64,000 bases of DNA from Bradyrhizobium sp. (GTDB lineage Bacteria; Pseudomonadota; Alphaproteobacteria; Rhizobiales; Xanthobacteraceae). A program made the translations under genes and the position numbers. Positions 10,015-17,952 of this stretch are shown here, one piece after another. Numbering within the stretch: position 1 is the first letter of the stretch; each line of letters starts with the position of its first letter. The stretch covers positions 50,110 through 114,109 of the forward strand of contig NZ_DATHOP010000154.1 in the NCBI RefSeq assembly GCF_035484855.1, written 5' to 3'. The notes beneath the pieces were generated by a model that saw only the letters and a list, made by a program, of their open reading frames with translations, ran no database searches and was not told where the DNA came from.

Positions 10015-10434
10015 TCACCATCCCAACAGGGCATCGATCGAATATTTTCCCGCGCCCGTGATGCAAAGCAGCAGAAAGCCTCCCACGATACTGAGGTTCT
10101 TGTAGAAGCTTTCCAGGCTGTCGACTTTTTTCGCACCCGTCATTGTCCAATAGTGATGCGCAATGAGCGCCGTTCCCAGCGTGTACAAAGCCATCAGCGC
10201 GCTTGCAGGACGCGTGAACGCTCCGATGGCGACCGCGAACGCAACCGGAAGCTCCATGAAGATCGCGACCGCACTAGCCGGTACCGGAAGGTGAGCGCCG
10301 TCCTGCACCATGCGAGCAACCGTGCCGGAATAGTCCGTCAGTTTTCTCCAGCCGAAAATCAAATACAGTGCCGCGAGAAAAAGGCGTGCCGCGAGAATGA
10401 CTCCGTCGCTAATGCCGTTTTCCATGAAGCTCAC
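10015..10434 (-). CDS. DoxX family membrane protein
   Basis: LAARLFLAALYLIFGWRKL...E...GAFTR...HHYW...FYKNLSIVGGFLLL..GAGKYSID. Confidence 0.9.
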   Translation of the reverse strand: MSFMENGISDGVILAARLFLAALYLIFGWRKLTDYSGTVARMVQDGAHLPVPASAVAIFMELPVAFAVAIGAFTRPASALMALYTLGTALIAHHYWTMTGAKKVDSLESFYKNLSIVGGFLLLCITGAGKYSIDALLGW

Positions 10435-10687
10435 CCCGCGCTTTCCCGAAAGCGACCCTTGCCGGATCGCCCGGCGCCGCGCCGATCATTGCACGCCGTG
10501 CTCGCCGCCCCGGAAAAGAATACATCCCGTCGCGATCGCAAGAAACACTAACGTTTCCGCGGATCGCCGGACATTTCGCTGGCAGGCCTTGATGGAGGTG
10601 GCGAGAGCACTCCTGCCCCATTCGATTGCTGGCCGCGCTCACGCAGATGTTAATGGCAGTGGCGGATCGCAAACCTACATCAAAATC

Positions 10688-10760
10688 ATGCCGGGCCGCC
10701 CCCGGCATAAGTCCCCGACTGAAACGGCCCCGGCGTCCCCCGGCTGGGGCCGTTTCTTTG
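10688..10760 (+). ncRNA. Candidate small RNA with two C-rich-loop hairpins ending in a terminator
   Basis: ATGCCGGG-CCGCC-CCCGGCAT; GAAACGGCCCCGGC-loop-GCTGGGGCCGTTTC-TTT; CTACAT -10 box at 10675-10680. Confidence 0.5.
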
Positions 10761-10870
10761 CCGCTGATCGGGGGTGCTCGGGGTCTCGCGAGCAGGCGGC
10801 AAGGTTGCCTGCTACCGCTGATAAAAGAGCAAGGCTTCGTGGCGCTGCGCTCAAGCGCGCATGTGGATCA

Positions 10871-11125
10871 CTACTGGATGGTTTCGTGAACGTCGGAAAT
10901 GCGCGTTTCCGGAGCGTCCATGATTTCCGTGACAACGTTATACGACACGTCGATCGCACCCGGCTTTTCCGGATCGGTCCTGACGGACTTCACGTGCAAC
11001 GTCGCGCGCACCAACCGACCATCGCTCAGCGAGATCTCGGTGACGCCGTGACGGATACCGGAAACCTTCATTTCGGGACGGCGCCCGATCTGAAACGAAA
11101 ACGGTCGGACATATCCGAGGTGCAT
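10871..11125 (-). CDS. Hypothetical protein (84 aa, beta-rich)
   Basis: ORF with upstream GGAAC-N17-CATT promoter. Confidence 0.65.
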   Translation of the reverse strand: MHLGYVRPFSFQIGRRPEMKVSGIRHGVTEISLSDGRLVRATLHVKSVRTDPEKPGAIDVSYNVVTEIMDAPETRISDVHETIQ

Positions 11126-11159
11126 GACATCTGCTCTTTTCTTGCGCCCACGCTTTTTC

Positions 11160-11185
11160 AATGCCGGCGCTTGCCGGTTGGTTCC
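11160..11185 (-). promoter_or_regulatory. ECF (EcfG/RpoE2-like) promoter
   Basis: GGAAC-N17-CATT on the minus strand, 35 nt upstream of the ATG at 11125. Confidence 0.55.
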
Positions 11186-11255
11186 ATTGACGGGGCCAAT
11201 CAGACGCGAGCGCGAAAACCCGCGCTCGCCTCAGCTTTCACGAGACCGCGCTCTG

Positions 11256-11381
11256 TCACATAAGCGCGAGAACGACGACCCCCATCGCTACCAGGGCTGA
11301 CACGCCAGAGACGGTCACGCCGAGATAAATACCGCCGATGGCGGGACTCTCCGATTGGAGCTTGATTTGACTGCCGCGCAT
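11256..11381 (-). CDS. Small single-TM protein, 41 aa
   Basis: AAGGGA RBS; MRGSQIKLQSESPAIGGIYLGVTVSGVSALVAMGVVVLALM*; GGAAC-N16-CGTC at 11419-11443. Confidence 0.5.
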   Translation of the reverse strand: MRGSQIKLQSESPAIGGIYLGVTVSGVSALVAMGVVVLALM

Positions 11382-11466
11382 CGCGCATCCCTTGCAGTTA
11401 CCCTGTTCCCATAGACGTGACGCGGGAAAGGCGATTCCGTTCCACTGAAATGCACGAAAAGCCCTG

Positions 11467-11530
11467 AGCCGAAGGCGTGCGCGCCCATGAGGCGGATTGG
11501 AACCCAACGGTTCGCGCCCAAGGCGCGGTC
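11467..11530. repeat. Degenerate REP-like element
   Basis: AGCCGAAGGCGT and GGCGGATTGGAACCCAACGG..CGCGC match pieces of the 7244 and 8541 elements. Confidence 0.55.
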
Positions 11531-11564
11531 CGCGCGCGCTCGGCGCCCCCGGCGGTTCGCGGGG

Positions 11565-11649
11565 TGCTACAGCCGCCGGATGGTCCGATGTCACCAGCGG
11601 ACCGCCCTCAGCGTAGTTCTGAGCGGTAAAGCCCCCGGCGGCTGCAGCA
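11565..11649 (-). ncRNA. Candidate structured RNA, three-way junction (copy 2)
   Basis: Minus strand: P1 TGCTGCAGCCGCCG/CGGCGGCTGTAGCA; P2 CTCAG-AACTACG-CTGAG; P3 GGTCCGCTG-GTGA-CATCGGACC; CGAGAC-N17-TTATAG upstream (11685-11657). Confidence 0.7.
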
Positions 11650-11721
11650 AAGAGATCTATAAGCCGATTCCTGGCGACCGTCTCGGACGGCCGGTAGGCG
11701 GTTGGAGCCCGCCGCGCCATA

Positions 11722-12702
11722 TCAATCCGCGGAATGCGCGTCATGGTGTGCGGCGACCCGTAGACTACTGGCAGGGAACGCGGCCGGCTCGCCGAAGATG
11801 TCGTGGATTTCGAGCGGCTTGTCGACCTGTCTGGACCATTCGGCCCGGTTGGCGGCGCGCCTGCGACCGCGTTCATCGACCGGCAGTTTCAGCTGCTGCA
11901 ACAGGCTCATCACTTCCCTGCGCGCGGTCACCTGGTCCGGGCTCGGACGGGTGCCGATCCCTGCGGCGTCGAGATTGTCGAGCGCGGTCAGCCCGCGCGG
12001 AAAGAACTCGCGGTAGACGTCGCGTTCGGCCAGACCGTCGACCGGGCGGAAGCCGAGCCGGAACGACAGCGCATTGAGGCCCTCGGCGACCAGCTGCTTG
12101 TTGCGCGAGGCGATCGTCGAAAGCCGGTTGCGGACCACGATCCAGTCGGTGGTGGCGCCGTCGAACCGGCGGCGCTGACGCCTGGTATCGCGCACCATGT
12201 CGGCATAATGGCTTGCGCCGGTCACGGAATAGGTCGCGGCGTCCACGGTGCCGAGCACGTCGAAATCGAGGAAAGAGTCGTTGATCGGCGTCACCAGCGT
12301 ATCGGCCATCGCGTGCGCCAGCCGCATCAGATAGCTATCCGATCCCGGGGTATCGATGACGATGAAATCGAAGCTACGTTCGACCGCGCCGACGGCGTCC
12401 ATGAATTGCCGGGACTCGGAATTCTCGTTGTCGGCGATCTGCATGGTCTTCCCGTAGGCGATGCGGGAGTGCGCGGGGATCTCGAGATCGAGGCCGGTGC
12501 GGCGCGCCCAGGCACGCCGGTTGTTGATGTAACGGGTGAAGGTTTGCTGACGGCAATCCAGGTCGATGGTGGCGACGCGCTGGCCGGATTTCATCAAGGC
12601 AACGGCGATATGCATGGCGGCGGTGGATTTTCCCGATCCGCCCTTCTCGCCGCCGAGCACGACGACATGGGCTGAGCCGGATCGATTGGAATGCATCAAC
12701 AT
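11722..12702 (-). CDS. mipZ: Division-plane positioning ATPase MipZ family
   Basis: Deviant Walker A EKGGSGKST, IDLD, IDTPG, TPINDSFLDFDVL, WIVVRNRL, ERDVYREFFPRGLTALD. Confidence 0.88.
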   Translation of the reverse strand: MLMHSNRSGSAHVVVLGGEKGGSGKSTAAMHIAVALMKSGQRVATIDLDCRQQTFTRYINNRRAWARRTGLDLEIPAHSRIAYGKTMQIADNENSESRQFMDAVGAVERSFDFIVIDTPGSDSYLMRLAHAMADTLVTPINDSFLDFDVLGTVDAATYSVTGASHYADMVRDTRRQRRRFDGATTDWIVVRNRLSTIASRNKQLVAEGLNALSFRLGFRPVDGLAERDVYREFFPRGLTALDNLDAAGIGTRPSPDQVTARREVMSLLQQLKLPVDERGRRRAANRAEWSRQVDKPLEIHDIFGEPAAFPASSLRVAAHHDAHSAD

Positions 12703-12751
12703 CGTTTGCCGTTCCAGAACCTACTGGCTGCCGCAATGCGCCGCCCGCCGG

Positions 12752-13003
12752 TTATCGGATGGGTTGGGCCGTGTCGCGACGGCCTATATGCGCCGGCGAC
12801 AGTCCGGCTTCGGAATCGAGCCATGACCATGCCCGATGCCTGGCACGCCATTCCGAGCCGGGGCCGCGCATGTCGTGAACTCCGGGCCGGTAGCTGTCGC
12901 GTACGTCCAGGATCAGGTTGCGAACGACGCCGGCGAAATCTGAGGCCTGCTCCGCCGTTTTGCGGGCAAAGCCCGAGAACACGGTCGCATCTGCGATTCT
13001 CAT
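12752..13003 (-). CDS. Small hypothetical protein upstream of mipZ
   Basis: GAGGAG RBS; DSYRPGVHDMRGPGSEWRARH resembles a small rhizobial family (YRPE.HYMRGPGP.W). Confidence 0.6.
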   Translation of the reverse strand: MRIADATVFSGFARKTAEQASDFAGVVRNLILDVRDSYRPGVHDMRGPGSEWRARHRAWSWLDSEAGLSPAHIGRRDTAQPIR

Positions 13004-13275
13004 TGGTGGACTCCTCGGATTGTCTCGCCGCCCGACACATCGGGCCGGTACACCCTGAGCATAATCAAGGAAAAACGGCGCGCTATTGCACGGAGGTTGA
13101 TCCGCACGTTACGTTCGGTTGCGAAGAGCATACCTAGGTTTAGGTCCGTGGTTTAGGGTCCCGCGCCGGGCGGCGCCTATCCTGGACTCCGGCGGATATT
13201 TTGCCTGCCCCGGAAGCGCGACCTGCCCTACGGGCCGCCAAGTCGGGGAAAGCAGCCTGTCTCTCCTGCTCGGAG

Positions 13276-13710
13276 CTATGGATCGATCAGCGCGAGACCG
13301 AGTTCGGGCCGTTTCCTGCGGCGCAAATGTGCCGCGGTCTCCACAATGGTGACTTCAAGCGTCGGACGCACGGTCCCCTCCAGCAGGTGCCCGCCTCGTA
13401 CCGAGCCGTCGCTGAGGCCGAGCACGGCGTGAAGGTGCAGGCTGGCCTTGCCATCGTCGCCTTGCGCAAGATCGCCGATCAGGCTCAGAACCTCGCATTG
13501 CTCGCTGACCGGAATCGGCTTGTAGCGTTTTGCTTCGAGGTCGAACCAGCCGACCTTGGCGCGTTCGAACGCGCCGATCGCCGTGACCGAGGCGCCGGTT
13601 ATGCTTTCCCGGTCCGCAAATTTGGTGATGCTCCGGAAGGCTTCCTCCCCAGGCTCGAGGATCAGCACGAAGGTCCGCTCCTGGCCCTCGACGACGACTT
13701 TGGATTTCAT
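13276..13710 (-). CDS. PPC/DUF296 domain protein
   Basis: AIGAF...EVLSLIGDLA...HLHAVLG...GGHL...TLEV motifs. Confidence 0.9.
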   Translation of the reverse strand: MKSKVVVEGQERTFVLILEPGEEAFRSITKFADRESITGASVTAIGAFERAKVGWFDLEAKRYKPIPVSEQCEVLSLIGDLAQGDDGKASLHLHAVLGLSDGSVRGGHLLEGTVRPTLEVTIVETAAHLRRRKRPELGLALIDP

Positions 13711-13757
13711 TCGACTTGTCCCTGTGACGGCCACGCCGGCAATTCATGCATTTGGAA

Positions 13758-13828
13758 AATGCCGAGCGGGCGGTCGGGTTCCACAGCCGGTTCTCTATTG
13801 ATGGAACGATCGCCCGCCGTTGCGCTTT
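13758..13828. promoter_or_regulatory. Back-to-back ECF-type promoters
   Basis: Minus: GGAAC-N16-CATT (13782-13758); plus: GGAAC-N17-CTTT (13803-13828). Confidence 0.5.
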
Positions 13829-13851
13829 GATTGCAATTGGAGAGGTGTCCC

Positions 13852-14028
13852 ATGGCCAGAGAAACCCCTACCGAGCGCGCGCTGTCGCCCGATGTCCCTT
13901 ATCCCGCCGAAAAGGCCCGAGGCGGTGAGATCATCTTGAATACGCCCGGCCGCCGCGCCGTCTTCATCGCCGGACTCGCGGGCGCAGTTCTGCTGGTGAT
14001 TGTCTTGGGCTTGCTGGCGGGAAGGTAA
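13852..14028 (+). CDS. Small membrane-anchored protein (58 aa)
   Basis: GGAGAGG RBS; YPAEKARGGEIILNTPGRRAVFIAGL and C-terminal TM. Confidence 0.75.
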   Translation: MARETPTERALSPDVPYPAEKARGGEIILNTPGRRAVFIAGLAGAVLLVIVLGLLAGR

Positions 14029-14057
14029 CGACTTCGAGGAGACGGAGATGTTTTGAA

Positions 14058-14723
14058 ATGGCGCCGATCAAGGTTCGCCCAGCCTCCGCCGACGTAGCGA
14101 TCGCCGATGCCATCGCAGCGCATACCGGGCGCCAACCCGAGCGGGCTGCGGAAGTGCTCACCTGGGGCGCGGACGAACATTTGCTGGGCGCCTTGGCCGG
14201 CGCATGGTGGATCTATTGCCGAAACAAGGACCCCGGCCGGCGCCTCGCAAGCGACCATATCCTGCTGACGACGATTGTTGCATCCGCGTTGCCCCATCTG
14301 TTGAAAATGATGTTCGATCAGGAGCGGCCGGACCGAACCACCGTGCGCGGCCATTGGCGGGGCATCCCGTTTTCGGGAAAACGGCTCGATTCATTCCCCT
14401 CCGGGCATGCCGTGCACATCGGGGCATTGGCGTCGGCCGCCAGCGTGCTTCCGGCGAAACAGCGGAGCCTGGTATGGGGCGTCGGCGCGGCATTGGTGCT
14501 GACCCGCATCGTGCTGCTGGCGCATTGGGCAAGCGACGTCGCCGCCGGCCTCGCCGTTGGCGCCGTCACCGAGCGATTGTTGCGACATCTGACCGGTTAC
14601 GGTATCCGTTCGAAAACGGATGGCGCGAAAACACCTGAACTCTTGCGCAAGAGTGTTTGGCACTGGCGCATGCCGAACCCGGACTTACATTCGCATCGAG
14701 GGGCGTCAGGAGGCTCGGCATGA
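14058..14723 (+). CDS. PAP2 family phosphatase
   Basis: K......RP, SFPSGH and TRIVLLAHWASDV motifs. Confidence 0.88.
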   Translation: MAPIKVRPASADVAIADAIAAHTGRQPERAAEVLTWGADEHLLGALAGAWWIYCRNKDPGRRLASDHILLTTIVASALPHLLKMMFDQERPDRTTVRGHWRGIPFSGKRLDSFPSGHAVHIGALASAASVLPAKQRSLVWGVGAALVLTRIVLLAHWASDVAAGLAVGAVTERLLRHLTGYGIRSKTDGAKTPELLRKSVWHWRMPNPDLHSHRGASGGSA

Positions 14724-15001
14724 AAAGGCTCTCCGTTGTTTGCATCGTGCTTTGCGTTGGCGTTTGCGCCCCGGCGGCATTTGCCCGGGGCGGCGGCATG
14801 GGATCGCATCACGCATCCGTCACCGGAGGCGCTTCCGGTACCAGCCCCGCCGCGCCCGGCACCAACTCGCTCGGCACGGCGCTTTCGTCATCCGGCACAG
14901 GCGCCCCCATGAAGGGACCGCTGCTTGGCACCAATCCTGCCATCGACCACGAGGAAGCGCAGGTCGACAAGTCGATACGCTCGATCTGCCGGGGATGTTG
15001 A
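14720..15001 (+). CDS. Small secreted Gly/Ser-rich protein with C-terminal SICRGC
   Basis: AGGAGG RBS, signal peptide; paralog at 15538-15822. Confidence 0.8.
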   Translation: MKRLSVVCIVLCVGVCAPAAFARGGGMGSHHASVTGGASGTSPAAPGTNSLGTALSSSGTGAPMKGPLLGTNPAIDHEEAQVDKSIRSICRGC

Positions 15002-15108
15002 AGAGGCCGCGCGCGGGGTTGGAAACGATCCCTTGATTCTGCCGTGATGTGGTGGCGCGCTCGCATGGCGCGCCGGCCGCGACGGACATTCGCCGACCCG
15101 CGCTGGAG

Positions 15109-15327
15109 CTACTTCGTCGATGCGTGGTCGGGCTTGATGTAAGGACCGGTCTGAATTCGGCGAATCACGGTCGCAAAATCCTCTTCGAAACTGACGAGAT
15201 GTTCGCGGCCAAATAGAATGGCCGAGCCGGTGCCCTGCCCCGGTTGGACCATCAGGATTTCGTCGAGGTTCACCAGGACCTCGCGCGTGGGCGGACCGGG
15301 TCTTTTCAAGACGATGAAGACGGCCAT
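15109..15327 (-). CDS. Small hypothetical protein, FlbD/SwrD-like pattern
   Basis: GGGAGG RBS; FIVLKR...VLVNLDEILMV...SAILFG..HLVSFEEDFATVIRRI. Confidence 0.6.
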   Translation of the reverse strand: MAVFIVLKRPGPPTREVLVNLDEILMVQPGQGTGSAILFGREHLVSFEEDFATVIRRIQTGPYIKPDHASTK

Positions 15328-15537
15328 TCTGGCCTCCCGTTGAATCGAAGACGGCACTTTAGCTCACTGGCGTATTAGCGAAACGCGATCCGTCCTTCAA
15401 CCAGCTGTTGCATCGATTGCACCATGCCGGATGCCCTCCCGATTAACACTGAATTTAGTGGTGTCGGCGGCTTGCGGACCTACCTCAGCTTCAAGCCCAG
15501 CTGAGGTAGCCGTCACGCCTATCCGAGGGAGTCTCGC

Positions 15538-15822
15538 ATGAAAATGCTTTCCGCACTATGCGTCGTGCTTTGCGTTGGTCTTTCGACCGGCGCCGTGTTG
15601 GCCCGGGGCGGCGGCATGGGATCGTCTCATATGTCCATCACCGGCGGCGCGTTTGGCAGCAGCGCCGCGGCGCCAGGCACCAACTCGTTGGGCACGGCAC
15701 TTTCGTCATCCGGCGTCGGCAATGGCCCCATCAAAGGGCCGCTGCTTGGCACCAGTCCTGCCATCGACCGTGAAGAAGCGAAGGTCGACAAGGCGATGGG
15801 GTCCATTTGCCGGGGCTGTTGA
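15538..15822 (+). CDS. Small secreted Gly/Ser-rich protein with C-terminal SICRGC (paralog)
   Basis: GAGGGAG RBS; near-identical core APGTNSLGTALSSSG...KGPLLGT.PAID.EEA.VDK..SICRGC. Confidence 0.8.
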   Translation: MKMLSALCVVLCVGLSTGAVLARGGGMGSSHMSITGGAFGSSAAAPGTNSLGTALSSSGVGNGPIKGPLLGTSPAIDREEAKVDKAMGSICRGC

Positions 15823-16128
15823 TTGGCGAGCCCGGACGATGGGCTGCCACCACGCTCCGAACCGCCCCCGGAAACCGAGTCTTTGGCGTCACTCACAATA
15901 TCAGCAGCCGCCCGCACCGCGCTCGTCCCACGAAAATCACGACCCCGTGACACCCGTAACAATGTGCCGCGTCCCGAGAATATATGGATGCCCGAACGGC
16001 TCCGGCGAACGGCCATCACGGAGCGATCGATGACGATGTTGCGACCGCTCACCAATGTTACAGGCGTTCTCATATCCAAGTGGCCCACTCAGACCTGACC
16101 AACTCCAACTGAAAGCACGAGGCACCCG

Positions 16129-16896
16129 ATGAATCGACGCACATTCGTCAGCATGATGGCTGCGGGGGCGGCAGGCTCTCTTATCCAGGGCACCAAGGTC
16201 GCTGCCCAGCCGGTGCCGGCGGCCCGAAACGTCGTTCTGGTGCACGGGCTTTTCGCCGACGGGTCATCCTGGTCGGAGGTGATACCGCGGTTGCAGGCCG
16301 CGGGGCTCAATGTCACGGCCGTGCAAAACCCCCTGACGACGCTGCCTGAGGCGGTAGCCTCGGCGGAGCGCGTGCTCGCGCGGCAGGATGGTCCGACGGT
16401 GCTGGTCGGGCATTCCTTCTCTGGAATGATCGTCACAGAGGCCGGCATGCATCCGAACGTGTCGGCTCTTGTCTATGTCGCGGCGCGGGCACCGGATGCG
16501 GACGAGGATTACGCGGCATTGGCCAAGACATTTCCGACGCCACCGGCGTCCGCGGGCATTGTGTTCGATGGCGACGAGGGACGTCTCAGCGAGGCCGCCT
16601 TCCTGCACGATTTCGCAGGCGACCTGCCGGAAGCGAAGGCGAAGGTCCTCTATGCGGTCCAGGAGCCGTTCCACAAGGCTCTGCTCACGGGCAAGACCAC
16701 GCATGCGGCATGGCGGTCGAAGCCGAGCTTCTATGCCGTTTCGACCGAAGACCGGACCATCAATCCCGATCTCGAACGCTTCATGGCCAAGCGCATGGGG
16801 GCCAAGACCATCGAAGTGAAGGCGAGCCACCTGTCCTTGATATCGCAGCCCGAGGTGATCGCAAAACTGATCCTGGAGGCGGCCGGGAAGACCTGA
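16129..16896 (+). CDS. Alpha/beta hydrolase with Tat signal
   Basis: NRRTFV twin-arginine, VLVHG, GHSFSG nucleophile elbow, D..I and ASH catalytic segments. Confidence 0.9.
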   Translation: MNRRTFVSMMAAGAAGSLIQGTKVAAQPVPAARNVVLVHGLFADGSSWSEVIPRLQAAGLNVTAVQNPLTTLPEAVASAERVLARQDGPTVLVGHSFSGMIVTEAGMHPNVSALVYVAARAPDADEDYAALAKTFPTPPASAGIVFDGDEGRLSEAAFLHDFAGDLPEAKAKVLYAVQEPFHKALLTGKTTHAAWRSKPSFYAVSTEDRTINPDLERFMAKRMGAKTIEVKASHLSLISQPEVIAKLILEAAGKT

Positions 16897-17041
16897 ACGC
16901 AAAGCCTTGATATCCGTGCTCCCGGCCAAAGGCCAGGACGACAAAAATAGAAACGATGAATTTACATTGTTTCTATTTTCGGCTGAGCAGCGCCGAGCCA
17001 TCTTCTCAAGAGGAGGGGTTCGTCGGTGAACGGAGGCCACA

Positions 17042-17824
17042 ATGAGAATGACGGTCCGGAGGACACTACTACTGGTCGCGGTCGCAGTCCTGTTGCTCTC
17101 AACCGGCCTTGGCAACGCAATGCGGCTGCAGAAGCTTCATCACCGGCCCCTGCGCGCGCCCGTCTGGTCCGGTGAACCCGCGCCTATCGATACCGATCGG
17201 CTGGCTCTCGTGATTGGCAATTCAAACTATCCCGATGCCGACTTTCCAATTCCCCAAATGACCCGCGATGCGGAGGGTTTGGCAAATGCTGTTCGCAAGC
17301 AGGGTTTCCTGGTGGAGGCCGTTGACAATGCGACGCGCTCCGACATGACGCGCGCAATCGATCGACTGATGGCAAGAGTACATTCGAACTCGACTGTGCT
17401 GGTCTATTTCGGCGGTTATGGCGTTCAGTCTGACGGTCAAAATTATCTGATCCCGGTCGATGCGAAAATCTGGAATGAAGATGATGTCCGTCGAGAGGGC
17501 GTGAACATTGACCGCCTCCTCTCGAGACTCAGGACCGCCGGAGCACGCGTCCGGCTCGTCGTCATTGAAGCCTCACGCCGCAATCCCTATGAGCGACGGT
17601 TCAGGGCTTACTCGCACGGACTTGCACCCATTCAAGCGAGTGAGAACATGCTCGTCCTCAGTTCGGCGGCGCCTGGCCAAGTCGTCGATAACTCGGACGA
17701 ACCACATAGTCAGCTGATGGCCGCTGTTCTTGCGCAGATGAACTCTTCGAAAGGGATCGAGCAGGTCTTCAAGAACACGGGGAACGTGGTGGCGGCGGCA
17801 ATGCAGGGCCGACCCTCGCCCTAA
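17042..17824 (+). CDS. Peptidase C14 (caspase-like) domain protein, catalytically degenerate
   Basis: ALVIGNSNY, NYLIPVDA; His site YFGGYG and Cys site IEASRRNP both substituted. Confidence 0.8.
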   Translation: MRMTVRRTLLLVAVAVLLLSTGLGNAMRLQKLHHRPLRAPVWSGEPAPIDTDRLALVIGNSNYPDADFPIPQMTRDAEGLANAVRKQGFLVEAVDNATRSDMTRAIDRLMARVHSNSTVLVYFGGYGVQSDGQNYLIPVDAKIWNEDDVRREGVNIDRLLSRLRTAGARVRLVVIEASRRNPYERRFRAYSHGLAPIQASENMLVLSSAAPGQVVDNSDEPHSQLMAAVLAQMNSSKGIEQVFKNTGNVVAAAMQGRPSP

Positions 17825-17952
17825 GCGGCAGCGAGCGCGATATTCGCCCGCGATGCCTCCTGGCAACGGCGGGCGTCTTCCGCGATCTTTGCCTGCCGGC
17901 GGTAAAGCCAGTATAACTTTCCCCACCCGGACGGCATCGAGGGACCATTCGC

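Noticed and set aside
13225-13260. SRP RNA-like string CAAGTCGGGGAAAGCAGCC
   Set aside because: Does not reproduce the CAGG-TCC-GGAA-GGA-AGCAGC core or the long enclosing helix
16046-16055. CGCTCACCAA match to the tRNA-Lys 3' end as attR
   Set aside because: Only 10 nt and also occurs inside cobA; expected by chance
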